From an uncultured Gemmatimonadales bacterium (GTDB lineage Bacteria; Gemmatimonadota; Gemmatimonadetes; Longimicrobiales; RSA9): 64,000 nt of DNA. The DNA is taken from NCBI GenBank assembly GCA_963783305.1, contig CAWAMW010000017.1, positions 96,001 through 160,000 on the forward strand. Reading direction: 5' to 3'. This document shows positions 20,410 to 31,691 of the stretch, in pieces (positions within the stretch are counted from its first letter, which is position 1; every line of letters starts with the position of its first letter). Below the pieces are notes generated by a model. The model saw only the letters and a program-made list of their open reading frames with translations, did no database searches and was not told the DNA's origin. The translations under genes were made by a program, and so were the position numbers.

Positions 20410-22267
20410 GTGACGTTCAGAAGCGAGCGTCGCCCGCAGGATCCACCTCCGGCCTTCCCTTTCCCAGGTATCCTCGACCCGTCCGTTCGAGCTGAGTCCG
20501 CCGTACATCACGAGACGCTCCCGGTCGGGGTCCCAGGCGAGGCCGTGGACGTTGCGGGGGCCGGGGCCCGCGTCGCCGATCCGGTCCACCGCACGCCGTC
20601 CCACTCCCAGGTGTCGCCCAGGTTGCCTTCCTCGCCCCGGCCTCCGTAGAGGACGACACGCTCCATCGCGCCGTCATAGGCCATGCGCGCCGCGAACCTC
20701 GCGGATGGGCCATCATCGGAGACGTGGTGCCAGGTCGTGCCGTCCCACTCCCAGGTGTCGGCGAGCAGCCCATCGTCGCCCCAGCCGCCGAACAGGACGA
20801 CCCGGCCGCGCGCGTCGTCGTACGCGAGCCGGTGCGTAGATCGAGCGGGCGGGGCAGGACCGTCGTGTCGGCGCCAGCGCTGCCCATCGTGGATCCATGT
20901 GTCGCCCAGCAGCGCCTGGTCGCCCGGAACTCCCCGGCTCCCTCCGAAGAGGACCAGCTTCTCCCGTTGCCGATCCCAGACCATGGAACGGTGGTCTCGG
21001 ACGCCGGGTCCGGCGTCCGCGCCGTTGAGCCGAACCCAGCCCGAGCCGTCCCAGGCGACGAGGTCGCCGTAGCGGGCACCGCCATCCCGTCCGAACCGCA
21101 GGCCGAAGCCGCCATGTACGAGGACCCGGTCCCTGACGGGGTCATACGCCAGGGCGAAGTGCCCCCTCGACCCGAGGAGTCCGTCGCTCGCCACCTGTTC
21201 CCACTGCCGACCGTCCCAGGCCCAGACGCCGCTGTCCTGGTCGTCCGGCACGCCCCCGATCAGGACCGTCCGGTGCATGGCCTCGTGATAGACCAGCGCA
21301 TGTGCCGACCGGGGGCCCGGACCTGCGGGGGCGGGTGCCCACGATCCGTCGGCCCAGGTCCATGTATCCCCCAGCGAAGCCCGCTCCGCCGATCGTCCAC
21401 CGTGAAGCAGCGCCCGGCTCCGCGTGTCGTCCCAGGCCATCGCCGCGGCATCCCGCGCCTCCAGGCCGCTTCGCACCCGCTCCCAGTCCCGACCGTCGAA
21501 GAGCCAGGTATCGGCCCGGGCCGACCGATCGGCGCCCAGGCCGCCATTCACGAGCAGGACGTCCCGCTCCGGGTCCCGAACCAGGGCATGGTTGGCGCTC
21601 TCTCCAGGCCCACCTTCCACGGTGAGGCGCGACCACGCGCCTGCCCGCCAGAGCCACAGGTCCCCGTGCATGTCCGCGTCCGGCCCCCGTCCCTCGAGCC
21701 CGCCGAACAGCACGAGCCCACCCGCCCGGCCGAGCGGCGCCATGCCGGCGCCGCAGCGGTTGCCTGGGCCGGAGACGGCCAGGCGCTTCCAGCGGCCGTC
21801 CCACGCCCAGGTATCCGCCGGGTCGCCCTCGCCACAGCCGCCGAACAGCACGACGTGCCGACTCCACGGGTCCCACGCCATGGCGGCCGACGAGCGCGGG
21901 CTGGGGCCGGGGCTGTCGTGTCGACTCCACTTCTCCCCGTCCCAGGTCCAGGTCTGGCCGAGGGGTCCTTCGGCCGACCACCCACCGAACAGGACCAGCT
22001 CTCCGCGCGCGCTGTCGTAGGCCATGGAGACGCTGCTGTGCGCAGGCGGGCCGGAGACGTCGGCGCGGCGCCATGAGGCGCCCTCCCAGATCCAGGTGTC
22101 GCCGTGGAACCGGGGGTCGTCGAACGTGCCGCTGCTGCCGCCGAAAAGCACGACGGTACCGGCCGGCGCGGCTGCCATGGCGTGATGATCCCGCGGGGAC
22201 GGCGCCTGCGCCGGCGCATCCACCGGAAGAGGGCTACGATGAGCAACAGCCCGAGTCGATTGGTCAT
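20410..22267 (-). pseudogene. Kelch-like repeat (double propeller) secreted protein with two frameshifts
   Basis: ~12 repeats GPxxRxxHAMAYDxxRxxVVLFGG..DTWxWDG; signal MTNRLGLLLIVAL out of frame at ~22225; last repeat out of frame at ~20590. Confidence 0.8.
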
Positions 22268-22496
22268 GGCGCGAGAGCGAGCAGGGCGACCGTGGCCGTG
22301 GCGACCAGGCCCGCACGTCCGCCACGCTCTGCGCCTGGCCTGGCGCGGGCGGGGTCTGGCTCGTGGTCGTCCGAGCGGGTGATTGGATCCTCCTGCAGGT
22401 ACGGTGGTGAGTGAGGCGAAGGGTTCAACACCGGACTCGCCCGCGTCCCGGCAGAACCAAGCCGGGGCAGACGGCGGACGGGAGCGACGGCTCGCC

Positions 22497-23321
22497 TCAT
22501 TTCCTGCTCTCGTCCACTCCGTGCGCGACGAGACCCCGCGGCGGGCCTGATGAGGTGCCATTACCGCCGCCCTCGAAAGCGCCCCGGGAGGAGAGACGCT
22601 CCACGGCCTGCGTGAAGCGGGTCGACGCCTCTCGTGCCCACCCTGCTCCGGCCTTCCAGGCCGAGGAAACGTACGCGATCTCCTGGTGGTCCGGCTGCCC
22701 TCGGACGGGGCTCACGGAGAGGCGGGCGACACCGCAGGAGTCCGCGGACAGGGCCACGATGTGGTAGGGGTCCGTCCGATCCAGGATCCGCATCCGCTTC
22801 ACGCCGAGGGGGTCCTCCCGCACCAGGCCCTGCCAGAGCTCAGCGCGATGCGCGGGCACGACGAACCGCAGACCGACCTCCTCGCGTCGCGAGCCGGCCC
22901 AGTTCTGGAGGTAGTGCCGGAGCTGGATCAGGAGGAAGCGGTACGCATGGCGGGTGCTCTCGATCATGCCGTCCCACTCGGCGTCGGACGGGAAACCGCT
23001 CGTAACGACCCGCACGTGGGACCGTTCGCCGATCCCACGCAGATCCAGCGTCGTGGTCAGCGCCGGATCGGCGTCGTACCCGCCATGGCGCAGCGAGAGG
23101 TGGCGTCCCGGCTCCCACTCCAGCACCCGCATCCCGTGGGACCAGGCGTTCGGCCAGTGAAAACGCAGCGCACCGCCTTCTCCCGGCTCGACCTCCGCGC
23201 GGACCGGAAACCAACCCTCCAGCTCACGAGGCTCGGTCAACGCCCGCCAGGCCCGGTCGACGGGCACATTGATCTCGATTTCACAGCGTGCGGCACGCGG
23301 ATTCAGTGGCAGGGGTTTCAC
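22497..23321 (-). CDS. SRPBCC/AHSA1-like domain protein
   Basis: EIEINVPVDRAWRALTEPRELEGWFP..EPGEGG..VLEWEPGRHL; start approximate (GTG 23321). Confidence 0.8.
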   Translation of the reverse strand: MKPLPLNPRAARCEIEINVPVDRAWRALTEPRELEGWFPVRAEVEPGEGGALRFHWPNAWSHGMRVLEWEPGRHLSLRHGGYDADPALTTTLDLRGIGERSHVRVVTSGFPSDAEWDGMIESTRHAYRFLLIQLRHYLQNWAGSRREEVGLRFVVPAHRAELWQGLVREDPLGVKRMRILDRTDPYHIVALSADSCGVARLSVSPVRGQPDHQEIAYVSSAWKAGAGWAREASTRFTQAVERLSSRGAFEGGGNGTSSGPPRGLVAHGVDESRK

Positions 23322-24135
23322 GGTCGGTACCTTCCCGAGGCGGCTGGCAGTTGGGGGGCCTGTCTGATAGGACAGCTCTCGGGTCCGGAAGGTTGCAGGC
23401 CCCTCGCGGCGTGCCCACGAACCCGACCGATCATCCTCCAACGTTCGAGACGCACCGGGTCTGACACAACGCGACGCGGACGAGCGGCGAAAGCGCGGGG
23501 CCGGCGGCGAATCCGGCAGCTCGGGGAGCGGCTGGCAGCGAGCCGACATCCTCGCCCGCCGCTCGTCCCGCGCCTCGGCCGGTCGGCCCCGCTCCTCGAC
23601 CTTCGACCGGTTCACGCGGTCCGATGCGCGGCTGAGGGAGGGTCACTTCCGCGCCATCAGCCGGCATGTACGAGAAAGCCCCGAATCCGGCCCCGCCCGC
23701 CCGCCCCCTTCACGAGCCGGCTCGCCCACGCCCTCCCCGCTCACCCCGGATGGCTTCGTGGCCACTCGGATTCGGCCCATTTTGGGAGTGTGTTCGAGAG
23801 AGCACCATTCTCCTGGCAGGGGATGAAGAGAGAGCGTCGTCCGGTTCCGGGCGGCGCTCTCTCACTTCGTACCCGTCGCGCGGTGACCCACGGCGATGGA
23901 CGATGAAAGGGGGCGCGCCCGACGGACGCGCCCCCTTTCCCTGCTTACCACACTGCGACGGTCAGTCGATACTGGCCGATTACGCGTCGCACATCCGGGC
24001 GGCCGCCCCGTTCCGCAGCCGCTCGCCACAGCCGCTGCTGTTCGTCCCTCCGGTTCGCCGCTCGTACCTCGTCAGTCGCCGTCCGTCACCGACGCACTGG
24101 CGTTCGGCCCCGGACTCAACGGAGATTGGAGCGCA

Positions 24136-25362
24136 ATGACGACACGAACGACGGGCTGGAGCGGACGCGGCCAGAGGCCGAAGCGGATCGACGATCCGGC
24201 GGGCGATGTCCCCGCGGACAACGTGTGGAGAAGACCCCGCACATGGATCGTCGCCGGCCTGATCTTCCTCGCGCTGGGCGTGGTCAACGCGTTCGGGATA
24301 TTCGCCCAGATCCTGCAGTTCGAGGAAGCGACGGGGTGGGAGGCGCTTCGCTTCTCGATGCTGCGGATGATCCCCTTCTGGATGTTCGCCTACCTGCTAC
24401 TGCCGATCCCGGTCTGGATCACCCACCGCTTTCCGCCCTTCGGCCCGAAATGGCCGAGGAATCTCCTCGTCCACCTGGTCACCGCCCTCCCATTCACGCT
24501 GCTCCGGCTTTCCATGGGGTACTCGGTGGCGTACCTGATCACACCCCCGGCGTACGAGGTCACGCTCGGCGCGTTCCTGTTTGGCGGGCTGGTCTCCTCG
24601 ACGGGCAGCGGGGTCACGATCTACCTCGCGACCGTCGGCGCCGTGATCGCCGTCGACCACTACTTCGAGTCACGTGCCCGCGAGAGGCAGGCGGCGCGTG
24701 CGGAGTTGAGGGCCGCCCAGCTCGAGACCAGCCTCGAACGGTCGCGCCTGGAGTGGCTCCGGTCCCAGCTCGACCCGCATTTCCTCTTCAACGCCCTCAA
24801 CAGCATCTCCACGCTGGCCCGCCAGGGAAACGCGAAGGCGGTGGTCGCCGGGCTCGGTCGGCTGGGGGACCTGCTGCGCGCCACCCTCGACCGGGACCGC
24901 GCCGTGAGCACGCTCGAGGAAGAGCTCGCGTTCCTCGACATGTACCTCGATATCGAGCGCATGCGGCTGGGGGACCGGGTCGGGATCCACGTGGAGGTGA
25001 CGGAGGAGGCCAGACGTGCACGGCTGCCCGCCCTGCTCCTCCAGCCTCTGGTCGAGAACGCTCTGAAGCACGGCGCCGGCGCGACCCGCGGCCCCGTGGA
25101 CGTGCACGTCACCGGCCAGGTGGACGGGGACCGGCTGCGGCTGCGGGTCCGGGACACAGGCCGGGGCTTTCCCGACACGTGGAGTGAGGGGGTCGGCCTG
25201 GGGAACACCCTGCAGCGCCTCGACCAGCTCTTCGGAGACGCGGGCAGGTTCGAGATCGACTCCTCGGACGCCGGTGCCACCGTGACGTTGACCCTGCCCT
25301 ACGACCCGGTGCCGGCCGAGGCCGGTTCGCGCGAGCCCGAGCCGGCGGAGCCCGTCGCATGA
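24136..25362 (+). CDS. LytS/YehU-type membrane sensor histidine kinase
   Basis: 4 TM helices; LRSQLDPHFLFNALNSI, LLLQPLVENALKHG, DTGRG, GVGLGN; ATG 24136 after GGAG. Confidence 0.95.
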   Translation: MTTRTTGWSGRGQRPKRIDDPAGDVPADNVWRRPRTWIVAGLIFLALGVVNAFGIFAQILQFEEATGWEALRFSMLRMIPFWMFAYLLLPIPVWITHRFPPFGPKWPRNLLVHLVTALPFTLLRLSMGYSVAYLITPPAYEVTLGAFLFGGLVSSTGSGVTIYLATVGAVIAVDHYFESRARERQAARAELRAAQLETSLERSRLEWLRSQLDPHFLFNALNSISTLARQGNAKAVVAGLGRLGDLLRATLDRDRAVSTLEEELAFLDMYLDIERMRLGDRVGIHVEVTEEARRARLPALLLQPLVENALKHGAGATRGPVDVHVTGQVDGDRLRLRVRDTGRGFPDTWSEGVGLGNTLQRLDQLFGDAGRFEIDSSDAGATVTLTLPYDPVPAEAGSREPEPAEPVA

Positions 25363-26126
25363 GACGCGTCGTGCAGGCCGTCGTGGTCGACGACGAGCCA
25401 CTCGCCCGGGAGGGACTGATGAGCTACCTCGAGCCGCACGACGACATTGAGGTCGTGGCGGTCTGCGAGGACGGCGTGAAGGCCGTCGCGGCCATCGAGG
25501 AGCACCAGCCCGACGTCGTCTTCCTCGACATCCAGATGCCCGAGATGAGCGGATTCGACGTGGTCGAGCGCGTGGGCCCCGACCGTATGCCGGCCATCGT
25601 GTTCGTCACCGCCTACGACGAGTTCGCGCTCGAGGCCTTCGAGGCCGCCGCCCTGGACTACGTGCTGAAGCCCCTGGACGAGGAGCGGGTCGAGCGCGCC
25701 CTCCGGCGAGTACGCGATCGGATGGAGCATGCGCAGCCGGCCACGGCAGAGCTCCACGCGCTGCTGCGCTATGTGAAGGAGGCGCGGACCGATCGGCCAT
25801 TCGCCACCAGGCTCAAGGTCCGGGAAGGCGAGCACATCCGCTTCGTCGAGGTCCGGACGATCGAGTGGTTCGAGGCCGACGGCAACTACGTGGTCCTCCA
25901 TGCGCGAGAGGACGAGGCCAGGATCCGCTCGACCATGTCCGGCCTCGAAGAGGTGCTGGACCCCTCCCGCTTCGTCCGGGTGCACCGGTCCGTCATCGTC
26001 AACCTCGATCACCTCAAGGAGGTCCAGCCGTGGTTCAGCGGCGACTACCTCGCCATCATGAACAACGGCGACCAGATCCGCGTCAGTCGACGCTACAAGG
26101 ATGACCTCCTCCGCGACGTGATCTGA
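25359..26126 (+). CDS. LytTR-family response regulator
   Basis: VVDDEPLAR, FLDIQMP, FVTAYD, FVRVHRSVIVN, VSRRY; ATGA overlap with kinase. Confidence 0.97.
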   Translation: MRRVVQAVVVDDEPLAREGLMSYLEPHDDIEVVAVCEDGVKAVAAIEEHQPDVVFLDIQMPEMSGFDVVERVGPDRMPAIVFVTAYDEFALEAFEAAALDYVLKPLDEERVERALRRVRDRMEHAQPATAELHALLRYVKEARTDRPFATRLKVREGEHIRFVEVRTIEWFEADGNYVVLHAREDEARIRSTMSGLEEVLDPSRFVRVHRSVIVNLDHLKEVQPWFSGDYLAIMNNGDQIRVSRRYKDDLLRDVI

Positions 26127-26436
26127 GACGACGACGCCCCGTACCCCGACGCTCCTGGCCGTCGCGGCGCTCTGCGCTGCCGCACTCGTTTGCTTCGGGG
26201 TGAGCGGCCTCCTCCGTCGCACCGGCGCACGCCAGCAGCATGGGACAAAGAAGCAGGGGCAGGGTGAGCGTCGATGCGCGTGGGGCGAACCGTGAAGCGT
26301 GCGGCGAGACGAACGGTCCCGCGTCGGCGTCGGGACGAGCGGCGATAACGAGGGACGGAGCGGACCAACCCTCACCGGCCTCCGACCGTCCAACCTAACG
26401 GAATCCATCAGGCAGCCCCCCCGACTCCGGACACCC

Positions 26437-28869
26437 ATGCCATTCCGCCACGCGATCACCACGCTCATTCGACGTCCCGCGTACACGCTGCTGGCCGTGA
26501 CCGCCATGGCCCTGGGCGTGGCCGGAACCACCGCCGTCTACAGCCTGGTCCATCACGTCCTGGTCGAGGGACTCCCGTTCGAAGACCCGGACCGTCTCGT
26601 GACGCCCGACGTGCGCTCGCCCCAGGGCTACGTGATCAGCCTTTCCATTCCGAACTACCAGGACTGGACGCAGCGCAGCCGCGTATTCGACCGGTACGGC
26701 GCGTCTTCCGGGTGGACCGTCGCGCGCCCGCTCGAGGACGGCGGTGCGGAGATCCTGAGCGCACGCGCGGTTCTGGGCGACTTCTTCGCGACGCTTGGTC
26801 TCGAGGCCGCCGCCGGCCGGCTCATTACCGCCCCGGAAACGGAGCCAGGAAGCGCGCCGCTGGCCGTCCTCTCCCACGGCTTCTGGCAGCGCGCCTACGG
26901 CGGCGAGGACGTCATCGGTGAGTCCATCGTGACGGATGAGTTCTCTGCCACCATCGTCGGCATCCTGCCGCCGGGGGCCGGATACCCCTCTCAGAACGTG
27001 GAGCTCTACTTCAACATGGGCGCGCTGTCCGAAAGCCTTCCGTGGAGCGACCGCGACAGTTCCTTCGGGACCCGGATGCTCGGCCGGCTCGCCCCCGGCC
27101 TCACCTTCGATGCGGCGCAGGCGGACCTGAGTCGCGTCGCGCGAGAGGTCGCCGCCGAGGAAGGCGCCCCGGTCGCCACGCCCGAGCTGCGGCCGCTCGA
27201 CGACCTGTTCCTCGGCGAAGTCCGTGGTGGACTCTGGCTCCTCATGGCGGCCGTCGGGCTGCTCCTGCTCATCGCCACGGCCAATGTGGCCAACCTGTCG
27301 CTGGCCCGGGGTGAGGCCCGCGGCCGGGAGCTGGCCGTACGGGCGGCGCTGGGGGCCGACCGGGGCAGCCTGGTCGGCGTGCTCCTCGCCGAGTCGATCG
27401 TCATTGCGGCCGCCGCCGGCGCGCTCGGAGTCGCACTGTCCGCCGCAGCGATCCGGGTACTGCCCGACCTGCTGCCCCTGGACCTGCCGTCGCTCACCGC
27501 GGACCGGATCAGCCTCGACGCGCCCGTCGTAGCGTTCGCTCTCTCCGTCACGGCGCTCAGCGGACTGGTGTTCGGTCTCCTCCCCGCGCTCCGACTCGCC
27601 GGCTCCGATTCGGCCCGCGGCGTCAGCGCCCTGGCCGCGCTCCGACACGGGAACCGACTCGCCGGGGGCCGCAAAGCTCGCCGCCTGCGCGACGGCCTCG
27701 TGGTGACGCAGGTCGCGCTCTCACTCGTCCTGCTCGTCGCCGCGGGACTCCTCACCCGCAGCCTGTCCCGTCTCGGCCAGGTCGATAAGGGGTTCGTGGC
27801 TGAGAACGTCGTGACGGCCGAGATCCAGCTGCCCGACGGAGCGTTCCCCGAGCCCGAGCGGCGGTGGGCGTTCTACGACGAGCTGAAGGCCCGCCTGGAG
27901 GCCGCGTCCGAGGTCGAGTCGGTCGCGATGACGCTCCTGGTCCCCCTGGCCGGCGGATCGTGGGAGCGTCTCATCGCACCGGAGGGCGGCTCCCTCGAGA
28001 GGGTCGACATGGAGTCGGTGCTCTACAACGTGGTGGGCGATGACTACTTCGGCACCCTCGGGATTCCGCTGCGCCGCGGCCGCGCGCTCGGCCCCGCGGA
28101 CCGCGCGGACGGCGCCCCAGTGGTGATCATCGATGAGACCATGGCCGAGCGGTTCTGGCCGGGCGAGGATCCGCTGGGTCAGCGCGTGGCGTTCGAGACG
28201 CCCCAGCCAGGGGACCCGCCGGTCTGGCTCACCGTGGTCGGCGTGGTGGCGAATGTCCGGCACTACGAGCTCGAGAGCCCGAGCCGGATCCAGGCGTGGG
28301 TGCCCATGCGCCAGGTATCCAGGGGCATCAATCTCGATGTAGTCATGCAGGTCCGCGCTGGCGCCGAGGCCGCCGGCATCGGCCTGCTCCGGGGCGCGGT
28401 CGCCGATCTGGCCCCCGGCGCGGCCGTGAGCGACGTCCGCCCTCTGTCCGACATTGTCGACGACCGGCTCGGGCCCGCCCGCTGGCTCGGAACCCTCACG
28501 GCCCTCTTCGCCACCTTCGCCCTGCTCCTGGCCGCGCTCGGCATCTTCGGCGTGCTGTCGCTGGCCGTCGCACGCCGCCGCCGGGAGCTGGGCGTACGGC
28601 TGGCCATCGGGGCCACGCCCGCGGCCGTGGTCCAGCTGGTCGCGGGGTACGCTCTGCTCCTCGCCGGCAGCGGCGTGGCCATCGGCCTCGCCGCTGCCCT
28701 GGCCGCCGGCCGCGTGATGGACTCGTTCCTCTTCGAAATCGGCTCGTTCGACCCGTTGGTGTACGGAACCGTTACCGCCGCGATGCTGCTGCTCGCGCTC
28801 GCCGCCTCGGCCGCGCCCGCGCTACGAGCCGCCGCGACCGACCCCGCCCGGGTCCTGAGAGAGGAGTAG
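26437..28869 (+). CDS. ADOP-type duplicated ABC permease (MacB/FtsX domains), no adjacent ATPase
   Basis: LALGVAGTTAVYSLV..LPFEDPDRLV, LLIATANVANL, RELAVRAALGA, VVTQVALSLVLL, DPARVLREE. Confidence 0.95.
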   Translation: MPFRHAITTLIRRPAYTLLAVTAMALGVAGTTAVYSLVHHVLVEGLPFEDPDRLVTPDVRSPQGYVISLSIPNYQDWTQRSRVFDRYGASSGWTVARPLEDGGAEILSARAVLGDFFATLGLEAAAGRLITAPETEPGSAPLAVLSHGFWQRAYGGEDVIGESIVTDEFSATIVGILPPGAGYPSQNVELYFNMGALSESLPWSDRDSSFGTRMLGRLAPGLTFDAAQADLSRVAREVAAEEGAPVATPELRPLDDLFLGEVRGGLWLLMAAVGLLLLIATANVANLSLARGEARGRELAVRAALGADRGSLVGVLLAESIVIAAAAGALGVALSAAAIRVLPDLLPLDLPSLTADRISLDAPVVAFALSVTALSGLVFGLLPALRLAGSDSARGVSALAALRHGNRLAGGRKARRLRDGLVVTQVALSLVLLVAAGLLTRSLSRLGQVDKGFVAENVVTAEIQLPDGAFPEPERRWAFYDELKARLEAASEVESVAMTLLVPLAGGSWERLIAPEGGSLERVDMESVLYNVVGDDYFGTLGIPLRRGRALGPADRADGAPVVIIDETMAERFWPGEDPLGQRVAFETPQPGDPPVWLTVVGVVANVRHYELESPSRIQAWVPMRQVSRGINLDVVMQVRAGAEAAGIGLLRGAVADLAPGAAVSDVRPLSDIVDDRLGPARWLGTLTALFATFALLLAALGIFGVLSLAVARRRRELGVRLAIGATPAAVVQLVAGYALLLAGSGVAIGLAAALAAGRVMDSFLFEIGSFDPLVYGTVTAAMLLLALAASAAPALRAAATDPARVLREE

Positions 28870-28945
28870 CGTCGGTCGGTGCACAGTCATGTACCGTGTG
28901 CGCCATCGAGCCACCGCTCGAAGTAGCCCGCGGCAGCGACGGTTC

Positions 28946-29857
28946 TCAGTCTGGCTGCTCGGTACGCACGTACAGCCCGACGAAGGTCGTTTGCCAGTTC
29001 GCTCCCCCGTCGGTCGACTGCGTGAAGACCTGGCGCACCGTGTCCGGCGCCACCGCCTCGAAGACCAGTCGCTGCAGGATCGTGTCGCCGCGCTCGTCGA
29101 GCGAAGCCCCCCGGAAGTGCATCGCGCTGTCCCGGAGCTCGCCCTCGGAATAGTCCAGCACGTTGCCGGTGCTGGAGATCCACAGCTGCCGCCATGTGTC
29201 GCGGCTCCGGTCGTAGATGTTCATGCTCTTCCCGGTGCCGCCTCCGGCCGCCGTCCAGTTCTCCAGCAGCATGCACCCGGCGACGTGCCGTTCGACGCGG
29301 TTGTCGCCGAGCTTCCGGCCGCTTCGGGGCTCGACCACGACCCACTCGCCCACCCAGAAATCCAGCTCCCGGAAGGCCGGCTCGTGTTCGCAGGGCGCCG
29401 CGTTCCGCTCGACGCGGGCCAGGATCGACGCCATTCGCGGATGATCCAGGAGCGCGCTCAGCCCCGGGTCGCCGGTGATGGCTCCGGCGCTCCCGAACCC
29501 GTCGTCGGCGAGTCCTTCGAGCTGGTCCAGCGCCAACCCCGTCTCCCCGAGAGCGACCAGCGACCGCACCCGGGCGAACCCCACGTAGACCGGCGGGAAC
29601 CCGTGCCGGGCCGCTGCCTCGAACAGGCGCAGCGCGTCCCGGTCCCGCTCCTGGGCGTGACGCACCCGCCCCAGCCGATACCACGCCATTGCGGTCGTCG
29701 AGTCGGCCTCGAGCACCCGCTCGTAGACGGTCGCCGCCTCCGCCCAGCGCTCCGCCTGGAAATGTTCGTCCGCCTCCTGGAGCGCGCCGGACTGGGCTCC
29801 GGCGGCCGCCGGGGCAGCGATCGCGATGACGAGGATCAGACCTGGGTTGATGTTCAT
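28946..29857 (-). CDS. Secreted TPR + DUF1579-like domain protein
   Basis: Signal peptide, TPR (AWYRLG), CEHEPAFRELDFWVGEW..GCMLLENW, STDGGANW. Confidence 0.8.
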   Translation of the reverse strand: MNINPGLILVIAIAAPAAAGAQSGALQEADEHFQAERWAEAATVYERVLEADSTTAMAWYRLGRVRHAQERDRDALRLFEAAARHGFPPVYVGFARVRSLVALGETGLALDQLEGLADDGFGSAGAITGDPGLSALLDHPRMASILARVERNAAPCEHEPAFRELDFWVGEWVVVEPRSGRKLGDNRVERHVAGCMLLENWTAAGGGTGKSMNIYDRSRDTWRQLWISSTGNVLDYSEGELRDSAMHFRGASLDERGDTILQRLVFEAVAPDTVRQVFTQSTDGGANWQTTFVGLYVRTEQPD

Positions 29858-30384
29858 GGTTCCATTCCTGGAGCGTTCAGATGGGTGGGATGTCGAAGGG
29901 TGCTCGCCGGCTCTCGACGGACCACGCGGGGGCCACTACCGCCTTTAAGCATGCCGGACGAGTCGAGGCCGCGCGTCGGCAGCGGTTCGAGCGGCGACTA
30001 CCGGGGAGGAGCCGTGCAAACGGCACGGCAGCCGGGGATCCGGCGCCGGCCGCGTCGTTACGCTCGGCTTCTACCACTTCCGGCAGCTGCTCTCCCGCGA
30101 TCGTCCGCACATGGCGCGACTCGCCCTGGAGCTCATCCGGTTCACCGACCCCGACTGCACGGCCCTCTGTCCGCGGTTCCAACAGCTTCCGGAAGAGGCC
30201 CGGGGCGGTGATCTGGCGGAGGAGTGCCGGGCGACAGCGGAGTCCGGAACCGGTCCCGACGGGAACGCCGGCGACCAAGGAGACATCCAGGAGGCGTTCC
30301 TCGGGCGTCCAGATAGTGGCGTGGGTCTTACTCCAGGCGAATTCGAGTCCGAGGTCGATGCGGACAACCCGGTGGATCAGCCTC

Positions 30385-30810
30385 TCGTGGAGCCACGGCA
30401 GGTACCTCGATAGCAGCGGCCCCGCCCCCACTTCCTCATCCCAGATCGCGGATGTGATCCAACACCGGCCCTGATACCAGAGCAGCTGGACCGCGTTGAT
30501 CCCCCGGGCGAGGATAATCGGATCCTCCCAGAAGTGCTTGTGATAGGTGCTGAAGACGTACGCGACGTCCCCGCACCGCTCCGTCACCGCCGAGATCTGT
30601 TCCTCCTGAAACCCGCTGTCGTTGGACCGCCGACAACCGTATGCTCGTTGATGATCTCCAAGAACTCGAAAGGCGAGTGGATCACGATCTCGCCTCCCGT
30701 CTGCTCCACGTTCGGGATCAGCCTCGCGGTCGGAATGAACAGCGAAAGATTGCGATCCCAGTCGAAAGGTTCGCCGGGCACCCTCGCTATGGACTCGTAG
30801 GGCGCTCGGA
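30385..30810 (-). pseudogene. Frameshifted NTF2-like protein
   Basis: PGEPFDWDRNLSLFIPTARLIP (one frame) joined to GFQEEQISAVTERCGDVAYVFSTY..RGINAVQL..WITSAIWDEE (another frame). Confidence 0.7.
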
Positions 30811-30814
30811 CTGC

Positions 30815-31691
30815 CTAGTGCCTTCCATTCCCGGCTGACCGCACGCGCAGTTGATGGGACGCCTCGATCACATCCTGGCACATACGGACGACGTCGCCCG
30901 ACCTCCCCCCCCCGAGTTCCTGCTGGATGTTGTTGTGCGTTTCACTCATGGCACGATCGAGTTCCGCGAGTTTGGCGCGACCGGCTGGTGTGATCCCATG
31001 AAAGACCTCTCTCGCGTCGTCCTCCCCCGGACTCATCTCCGTCCACCCACATTGTCTCATTCTTCTGAAGGAGGCGCCGGAGGTCTGGTGAAACCGAAAG
31101 AAGGCTTTCTCTGATCGAGACACTACGCAGACCCCCGGGCTCCGCTGCACGCAACATTTTCAGCACCAGGTATTGCGTTCGATTGAGTCCATGCGCCCTG
31201 AGGCGGGGCAGCGTCACTCCCTCGAGCCCGCGTGCGGCCTCCCCGAGTCGGTCGCACACCGCCAGGATCTCCTCGACTCCGCTGGCTTCCAGCGCACTGC
31301 AGATCTTGTCGTACGGGCCCTCCAGCACCTTCACAGTTCCAAGTTTCTCCCGTCCTTTCGGTTCGATTTGGTGGACCATGTACCGGCGATCCTGTGGGTA
31401 TCGCGTCTTGGACGCCCACCGCTCTTCTTCAATACGACGTGCGACTACGCTCATCTCGCGGGATCTGATTCCGAGCGCGTCAGCGAGCTTCGCGAGACGG
31501 CAGCCAACGCTGCCAGCCGATTCAAGGACGGTGAGCACAGTGAACTCGAGGTAGGTTAATCCATGATTGTCGAGGTGCTCCTCCACGATTATGCGGAGGT
31601 CGTTCGCGGCGACCGTCACCGCCAGGAGCGCCGCCTCTCCAGGATGCATTTCTCCTGGCAGACCCAGTCGCTCGCTCAGGACACGCGGCAT
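30815..31691 (-). pseudogene. Tandem (double) MarR-type regulator, frameshifted near 31040
   Basis: HGLTYLEFTVLTVL..QDRRYMVHQIEPKGR, then HGLNRTQYLVLKML..DLRRLLQK; continues in another frame EDDAREVFHGITPAGRAKL. Confidence 0.7.
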
